Below are positions 5,814 through 11,261 of a stretch of DNA of 11,261 nt, piece after piece (the first letter of the stretch is position 1; every line of letters starts with the position of its first letter). The notes below the pieces were generated by a model. It was not told where the DNA came from. It ran no database searches and saw only the letters and a list, made by a program, of their open reading frames with translations. This DNA is from Candidatus Caldarchaeum sp. (lineage in GTDB: Archaea; Thermoproteota; Nitrososphaeria_A; Caldarchaeales; Caldarchaeaceae): assembly GCA_038844785.1 (NCBI GenBank), contig JAWBRA010000043.1, positions 1 to 11,261 of the forward strand, read 5' to 3'. Made by a program: the position numbers and the translations under genes.

Positions 5814-6459
5814 CTGATCCCAACAAGGGAATTGAGAGCATGAGTTTTCTCCGTCGGGTTTTCGCCAAACAAAAAAACTGATCCCAACAAGGGAATTGAG
5901 AGCTTGGTTTTTGTTTACGTTTGCCTGCGTTGCGCGGCGATTACGTTCTGATCCCAACAAGGGAATTGAGAGTCCATGGTTTTGATACTGTGTCTGCCAA
6001 TCCCTGATTAGTTTTTCCTGATCCCAACAAGGGAATTGAGAGTGCATCTTTGACATGCGAACGGTGTTGGATATACATTGTTGTGGCTGATCCCAACAAG
6101 GGAATTGAGAGCCCTATCACTCCCGTGGCGATTTTCCCGATTGAAGACAGTACGCCTGATCCCAACAAGGGAATTGAGAGTAGGCCTTCAGTATTCGCCT
6201 CAGTGTTACCAAGTAATCACCGACTGATCCCAACAAGGGAATTGAGAGCTGACCCAGTTTCAAGTCGGAACATATCAGAATATAGAACCAGCTGATCCCA
6301 ACAAGGGAATTGAGAGACGAACGACATACCATAGCCCGGGAAGACCTTACCCGCTTTCTGATCCCAACTGATCCCAACAAGGGAATTGAGAGTTATTATG
6401 GCCGGCGACCGGATGGTCACCACTTCGCCATCGTCTGATCCCAACAAGGGAATTGACAG
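5814..6459 (+). CRISPR. CRISPR array 1: 10 repeats (25 bp, CTGATCCCAACAAGGGAATTGAGAG), 9 spacers
   Basis: Repeats start at 5814, 5878, 5948, 6018, 6087, 6156, 6224, 6292, 6368 and 6435. Spacers are 39, 45, 45, 44, 44, 43, 43, 41 (plus a 10-bp partial repeat) and 42 bp. The last repeat is degenerate (ATTGACAG), the leader is on the left, and the stem TCCC-AACAA-GGGA precedes an 8-nt ATTGAGAG handle, giving + orientation. Confidence 0.99.
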
Positions 6460-6628
6460 TTGATCTATCCAGCAGTAGCTCACACACCATAAGAAAACAA
6501 GCCTAACAAACGAACCGGAACCCTGTTCTTTCAGAGTTTATTATCATCAAACGACGTGCTGAAGAAATGCATGTATCTCGAACATTTTTGAGAACCACAT
6601 AAGAGCAGGCTTGGTGCTATAGTTTACG

Positions 6629-7570
6629 GTGGTCAGGTTGCCGTTGGTTACGATGAGCAGTCTGATGGAGCTTTCCAGGAGGATGAGGCGGATTAAGCCC
6701 TGTGTTGACGAGGAGCTGCGTGGCTGGAATTGGCATCAGCCACCTCTTCTACACGCCTACCCATCGGTCAACCTCCCGATCTCTGAGATCTACAACGAGA
6801 CCTGCAGATGCGGAGCGCTAATACACCTCAAGTATAACCTCAAGTGCTCACCAACGCTACGATACCCAGCGGATGGAAAAATCGCCCATCATCTCTGGAC
6901 CCGCTTCTACACTCATCTGCAGAAGTCAGCAGCTAACGCAGCAACACCAACACAGCTTGCCCATCAGCTCATCGAGGCCGCGGAGCAGGAGAAACAAGCA
7001 CTCCTCACCGAATTCGGAGGACAACAGGACCATAATTATCTGAGCCTCAGGCTGGACAGGTGGATAGAAGCTCTCTGGCATCCGATGACCCACCTAGCCG
7101 TAGCAGAGTATGTAAAGCTGCTGACAGCCCCCGGCGGACCACAACCAGAGACGATAACATCTTGGCTCAGTCCTATGGCCGTGGAGTTGAAGGTCGATGG
7201 CTCATTGCTGGGGTTCAGCAGCGGCTGTAGGGTGGACGGCCTCGCACCTCTAGGACTTGTAGTTGAGCTGAAGACATCCAAGCCAGCGCAGATACATGAG
7301 CTCGCGCTAGCCGCGTACGCTCTAGCCATAGAATCCCAATTCGAGACACCAATAGACTACGGCATGCTCCTATACCTAAATCTACGTCGCAACAGACCCA
7401 TCTGCACAACCTATGTCAAGCTTGTGGCGCTAGAAAACAAGCTGAGGCTAGACAGCTTGGAGGAGAGGGATAGAATGTCTAAAATAGTTGCGGACGGTGT
7501 CTTCACGGAACCATCCAAACAATGCACCCATCTCTGCCCACTAAACGAGGTGGCTAAAATAAATGAGTGA
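6629..7570 (+). CDS. csa1: CRISPR-associated Cas4-family protein Csa1 (Cas4a, type I-A adaptation)
   Basis: Hallmark VDEELRGWNWHQPP; RecB-like RVDG...VELK and HELALAAYALAIE; sits directly before cas1. The start may be TTG 6638, after GGTGG at 6628-6632. Confidence 0.92.
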   Translation: MVRLPLVTMSSLMELSRRMRRIKPCVDEELRGWNWHQPPLLHAYPSVNLPISEIYNETCRCGALIHLKYNLKCSPTLRYPADGKIAHHLWTRFYTHLQKSAANAATPTQLAHQLIEAAEQEKQALLTEFGGQQDHNYLSLRLDRWIEALWHPMTHLAVAEYVKLLTAPGGPQPETITSWLSPMAVELKVDGSLLGFSSGCRVDGLAPLGLVVELKTSKPAQIHELALAAYALAIESQFETPIDYGMLLYLNLRRNRPICTTYVKLVALENKLRLDSLEERDRMSKIVADGVFTEPSKQCTHLCPLNEVAKINE

Positions 7571-8516
7571 GCTGCTCATAGAGGGTTACGGCATTTGCCT
7601 TGGTGCTCGCAAAGGATATCTATACGTTAGAACGCACAAAGGCGAAGAAACTCTTATACCTCCTTCCACGCTTACTGGCGTACTTATAACAAGCGCCAGC
7701 ACCCGTCTGTCGGCCAAATCCCTGATAATCCTGTCACGGTTTGGGGTCGAGCTAACAGTGATGCATAAGGGAAAGCCTATGTGTAAAGTTATGCCGGCCA
7801 CTGGAGGCGCTGCACTCCAGACTAAACTCGCCCAGATAGAGGCTCTAAACAATGGAAAACGTCTGTATTCCGCTAAGATGTTCATCAAAGGGAAGTTGCA
7901 TAACCAACGCATGGTAATTCGCCAAAAGGCTAGGGAAGTAAGAAACAGTACATTAATGCTTGAATTGGAGAAAGACGAGGCAGCAATATGCCACACGCTT
8001 TCACTAATGGAATCGTCAACCACGATAGACCAAGTCAGGGCATATGAAGCCAACGCAGCCAGAAACTATTGGCATGCAGTAAGCCTCATGATCCCGCCAC
8101 AGCTCGGGTTCGGAGGCCGTGTCGTAAGGAATCCTAAAGACGACTTCAACCGAGCTCTCAACATCGGGTATGGTGTTCTAAGGGCTAAGGTATGGTCCGC
8201 CGTTCTTCTAGCAGGTTTAGACCCCTTCATAGGTCTGCTACATATGCCCAGAGGGCGTCATATGTGTTTAGTCAGCGACCTTATGGAAGAGTTCAGACCA
8301 GTGGTAGTCGACAGACCTTTAATAACCTATGCCATGCGTGACCCAGATTTTATGAAGCATGCTGGATCCTTTAGAAAAGTTATAAGCCTCATTATAGACA
8401 CTTTAAGGGCAAACGAATCGGCACTATCTAAAGCTATTTTGCTGCAAGCGCGTAGACTTGCCTCGTATCTACGCGGGGAAATAGACGATTACGAACCATT
8501 TAGACTGAAGTGGTGA
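7563..8516 (+). CDS. cas1: CRISPR-associated endonuclease Cas1
   Basis: EANAARNYW, DDFNRALNIGYGVL, GLDPFIGLLH and LVSDLMEEFRPVVVD (E/H/E metal ligands present). SD GAGGTGG at 7547-7553. Confidence 0.98.
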   Translation: MSELLIEGYGICLGARKGYLYVRTHKGEETLIPPSTLTGVLITSASTRLSAKSLIILSRFGVELTVMHKGKPMCKVMPATGGAALQTKLAQIEALNNGKRLYSAKMFIKGKLHNQRMVIRQKAREVRNSTLMLELEKDEAAICHTLSLMESSTTIDQVRAYEANAARNYWHAVSLMIPPQLGFGGRVVRNPKDDFNRALNIGYGVLRAKVWSAVLLAGLDPFIGLLHMPRGRHMCLVSDLMEEFRPVVVDRPLITYAMRDPDFMKHAGSFRKVISLIIDTLRANESALSKAILLQARRLASYLRGEIDDYEPFRLKW

Positions 8517-8519
8517 CGG

Positions 8520-8825
8520 ATGTATAATCAGATCAGCCACTTGCTGGTTATATACGATGTCTCCGAAGATGAGCGACGTATAAAGCTCGCAGATTCTCTA
8601 AAGCTTCTGGGATTTACCAGAGTTCAGAAAAGCGCATTCCTGTCAGAGTACAAGCCAGCTCTCGTCAGTGAAGTTAAGAGGAAATCTCTGAGAATCATTG
8701 ATATAACTACGGACAATGTTCAGATCTATCCGTTGACTCCCGCAAGCTATTCCCTGAGAACCACCATCGGAAAGCTTCAGATGGGACAAAGCATCAAAGA
8801 CGGCGACGGCTTTTATGTTATCTGA
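8520..8825 (+). CDS. cas2: CRISPR-associated protein Cas2
   Basis: 101 aa; LVIYDVSEDERR and GFTRVQKSAF motifs; follows cas1. Confidence 0.97.
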   Translation: MYNQISHLLVIYDVSEDERRIKLADSLKLLGFTRVQKSAFLSEYKPALVSEVKRKSLRIIDITTDNVQIYPLTPASYSLRTTIGKLQMGQSIKDGDGFYVI

Positions 8826-9399
8826 AGATCATGGCTATTGGGTCACACCAACAGATGTGAAGGACTATTTCTTTTGTCCTCAAGAACCTTTTCTCAAACA
8901 TGTGATGGGTTTACATGAGCCAGCCACTACGTCAATGGAGCTGTCGAATCACATGCACGCTAACTTCGATTTGAGACATCTACCTAGGAGTATAGCGCCT
9001 GCAAAGATTTTGAGAAACATCCAAATGTCTAGGGAGGACCTAGGTTTCAGCGGCAGATTAGATGTATTGGTTCTGACTAAATACGCTGAGGCTGTGCCGT
9101 GTGAGCTAAAGCTGGGACATCCGCACCTAGTTAAGCCCCCTATATGGGACAGGATGCAGCTGGCCTCCTACGCTATTCTTGTTGAAAAGGCTTTCAACAA
9201 GACGGTGAGACGGGGCGTAATCTTCTACATGGAGCAGGAAAAGCCTCATCTGGTTAATATCAATTGGGGAATGAAGAAGCAAGTGGAAGAAGCCATAAAA
9301 AAGCTCAGAGAGATGATACTTACAGAGTCCAGACCTGACAACAGAAGGGCTGATTACTGCAAGGGATGCTGGTATGCGCGTGTATGTGGCTCGTATTGA
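8815..9399 (+). CDS. cas4: CRISPR-associated exonuclease Cas4
   Basis: DVKDYFFCP, GRLDVL, PCELK, QLASYA and C-terminal CKGCWYARVC (1+3 Cys Fe-S ligands). Confidence 0.96.
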   Translation: MLSEDHGYWVTPTDVKDYFFCPQEPFLKHVMGLHEPATTSMELSNHMHANFDLRHLPRSIAPAKILRNIQMSREDLGFSGRLDVLVLTKYAEAVPCELKLGHPHLVKPPIWDRMQLASYAILVEKAFNKTVRRGVIFYMEQEKPHLVNINWGMKKQVEEAIKKLREMILTESRPDNRRADYCKGCWYARVCGSY

Positions 9400-10155
9400 C
9401 TAAAGATACTTTAGAAGAGCGTCGTACAGCTTCCGCCCATGATCGGTGACTATGATTTTGTCCGATGTCATGCTTATAAGCCCTCTATTCCTGAGACGGT
9501 ACAGAAACCCTGCGTGGAGCTTTACACCCCTCCTCGGGCTTGAGCCTTTTGCGAGGAGGCTTTTGAGGCTGCTGAGAGTTTCAGGCGGGTATGGGATTAC
9601 TGGAACATGGATAACGTTGTAGTCGGTGGGCGGCGGATACATAACTGGGTCAAACTCCTCTCTTTTCTGCTTGTAATATTCTTGTGGGTTTTGGCTGTTG
9701 GCAAGCTCCTCTATCTCCTTCCTTATTCTTTCGAGGGCCGCGCTGACCACTTTTATCTCCGGAGAAATAACGTGGTATACGGCGTCGACATCGTTCAGCT
9801 GCGCCAGCAGCGTCATTGAGGCCACCATCTCCTTTCTGCCGCCCGCCAGACAGACGTACAGTTTGTCGGAGTTTCTCCGCAGCTCGGACAATGCCTTCGC
9901 CGCCGTCTCCATGAAAAGATAGTTCTCCTCCTCATTGGTGATGTCTGTGACAGGGACTTCGATGGTTTTGACGCGTATGTGTGGAAACCTGTCTATGACG
10001 GCGGCTGAAGCCAAGACGGCGCTCTCCCTGACCAGCTTCTCAGACGTAGACAAAATCATCAGGTTTGACACTTTCTCCGTCCTCTCCACATAGTCTACGA
10101 ACTCTGTGACGACTGGCGGGCTTGTCCCCATCGTTGCCACAACACCAACTCTCAT
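9400..10155 (-). CDS. csx14: Csx14 / Cas_NE0113-family CARF protein (Crn1-like predicted ring nuclease) with C-terminal wHTH
   Basis: ATMGTSPPVVTE and LAGGRKEM match the GTS and GGRK motifs of Crn1/Csx14 CARFs. The wHTH-like tail reads FLYRLRNRGLISMTSDKIIVTDHGRKLY. The ATG directly follows the cas6 stop, with GGAGG upstream. Confidence 0.8.
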   Translation of the reverse strand: MRVGVVATMGTSPPVVTEFVDYVERTEKVSNLMILSTSEKLVRESAVLASAAVIDRFPHIRVKTIEVPVTDITNEEENYLFMETAAKALSELRRNSDKLYVCLAGGRKEMVASMTLLAQLNDVDAVYHVISPEIKVVSAALERIRKEIEELANSQNPQEYYKQKREEFDPVMYPPPTDYNVIHVPVIPYPPETLSSLKSLLAKGSSPRRGVKLHAGFLYRLRNRGLISMTSDKIIVTDHGRKLYDALLKYL

Positions 10156-10977
10156 CTATCCAACCTCCCTGCCCTCCGAGTATTTTGCTACGCCGAGGCC
10201 GAGCCTTCTCCCCAGCCCTACGCCCGTGAACTGGCTGAGCCTCGCCAGGATGACGGTAACTGCATGCTCGTACGAGTTGGGCTGTGTTGAGGTGTAGGTG
10301 ACTTTTCCTATGAAGCCGGGTATTTTTCTGCCGCCGCCAAGCCGCACGGACCGGGACCTTATGTTGAACGGCGGTACGATGAGGACATGCGCCCTAACCC
10401 ACTCCACATAATCGTCTACTGCTATGTTGTTTTCTGCTGGGGTTATTTTGTTCCAGAGGCTGGCGAGGGTGCCGAAAACGTGGGTTGGGGTTGGGAGGAG
10501 TTCGTAGACGGCCCAGCCTGCCTTGGCGCTGAGGGCGAGCTTCCCCATCCTAGTAGGTGTGATGAACTGGAGTGTGAAGTATTCGGGGTAGTCGGGTGTT
10601 CTGAGGGTCTCGATGTTGACGGGGAGCAGCTCTATACCTTCTACTTGGCATTTGACGCCCTCGATTTCTATCTGGGGTTGTTCAGCCAGCTTGAATGCGG
10701 CCTGGAGGCTTGTGGACGGGCATGCTACGGTGAAGCCGTATGTGCCAGGTGGCAGGGGTAGCGGCGAGTCGATGAAGTATGTGCCGCTGGACAGGTCGGC
10801 TAACGGTGTCACGCTGATGAGATGTGGGAGAGGCTCGTCCATGGAGAGCATTTTCTTGGCGATGGCGTTGGTTATGTGGCCTGTGTAGTTGGTGACTGTG
10901 ATGGGTGTGGTAACGCGGATTCGGTAGCGGAAGCACATTATCAAAAGCCTGCTTCCCACCGCCTCGAGAACGTTCAT
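10156..10977 (-). CDS. cas6: CRISPR pre-crRNA processing endoribonuclease Cas6
   Basis: C-terminal G-rich loop FTGVGLGRRLGLG, plus LQFITPT and GFIGKVTY RAMP elements; divergent from leader 2. Confidence 0.93.
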   Translation of the reverse strand: MNVLEAVGSRLLIMCFRYRIRVTTPITVTNYTGHITNAIAKKMLSMDEPLPHLISVTPLADLSSGTYFIDSPLPLPPGTYGFTVACPSTSLQAAFKLAEQPQIEIEGVKCQVEGIELLPVNIETLRTPDYPEYFTLQFITPTRMGKLALSAKAGWAVYELLPTPTHVFGTLASLWNKITPAENNIAVDDYVEWVRAHVLIVPPFNIRSRSVRLGGGRKIPGFIGKVTYTSTQPNSYEHAVTVILARLSQFTGVGLGRRLGLGVAKYSEGREVG

Positions 10978-11004
10978 GACGGACAGAGTATTTCTATGGC
11001 GCAG

Positions 11005-11016
11005 GGCTTATAAGCC
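11005..11016 (-). promoter_or_regulatory. Candidate cas6-csx14 promoter TATA (TTATAA) inside the 12-bp palindrome GGCTTATAAGCC
   Basis: TTATAA at 11008-11013 lies 31-36 bp upstream of the cas6 ATG. Confidence 0.6.
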
Positions 11017-11051
11017 TTCAGCGAACATTTTCGAGCCCAGCCGTCACACAT

Positions 11052-11178
11052 TAAACGACGTTCGGCAAAAAGCCCACCCCCAGTTGTCTTTATATACCGG
11101 ACCCGATTAACTATCTCTGCCGCGAAAGCGGCAAAAAGAAAAGCCTCCCCAAGCCATTGAGAGGCAAAACAAGCCGCA
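11052..11178 (+). promoter_or_regulatory. CRISPR leader 2 with TATA box TTTATATA (11089-11096)
   Basis: Homologous to leader 1; in both, the TATA box starts exactly 90 bp before the first repeat. Confidence 0.85.
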
Positions 11179-11261
11179 CTGATCCCAACAAGGGAATTGA
11201 GAGCTCTATTAATATCATCTTCATCATAGTTTTTGTTTTCCATTCGCGAACTGATCCCAAC
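11179..11261 (+). CRISPR. Start of CRISPR array 2 (same repeat), truncated by the window end
   Basis: Full repeat 11179-11203, 47-bp spacer 11204-11250, partial repeat 11251-11261. Confidence 0.95.

Noticed and set aside
6249-6256. Spacer 7 starts CTGACCCA, like the repeat start
   Set aside because: Short gapped match and normal spacer length; likely chance.
5512-6483. ORFs over leader 1 and array 1
   Set aside because: Their translations contain repeat-derived peptides (LNSLVGIS, SQFPCWDQ, LSIPLLGS) or overlap promoter sequence; spurious.
6494-6509. AAAACAAGCC (as at the leader end) and GCCTAACAA (as in the 671-680 hairpin arm) after the last repeat
   Set aside because: 9-10 bp matches in A/C-rich sequence, with no supporting context.
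7036-10936. Short antisense or alternate-frame ORFs within cas genes
   Set aside because: Shadows of well-supported genes, with no recognisable motifs.
10974-11243. 89-aa minus-strand ORF resembling the 5522-5890 ORF
   Set aside because: The similarity comes from the shared leader and repeat DNA, and the ATG lies within a spacer.

Overview
Archaeal-looking window (TATA-box promoters, GGAGGTGA/GGTGG Shine-Dalgarno sites, abutting genes; a thermophilic TACK-type archaeon is an inference only). Right half (4783-11261): a CRISPR-Cas adaptation/processing locus with a wHTH-CARF regulator (domain order reversed relative to Csa3) divergent from a 10-repeat array (25-bp repeat CTGATCCCAACAAGGGAATTGAGAG), a type I-A-style csa1-cas1-cas2-cas4 cassette, a convergent cas6 plus Csx14/Crn1-like CARF-wHTH pair, and the leader and start of a second array with the same repeat. 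No interference genes are visible. Left half (1-4544): an accessory cluster with a 5'-truncated membrane protein, a membrane protein with a possible C-terminal winged helix, a free-standing HTH-LAGLIDADG protein and a DUF1016_N-like/Zn-ribbon protein. The most unexplained signal is a ~235-nt, densely hairpinned GC-rich element (2171-2408) with alternative pairings over the ribosome-binding site of the LAGLIDADG gene. All family calls come from motif recognition by eye; no searches or folding programs were run.
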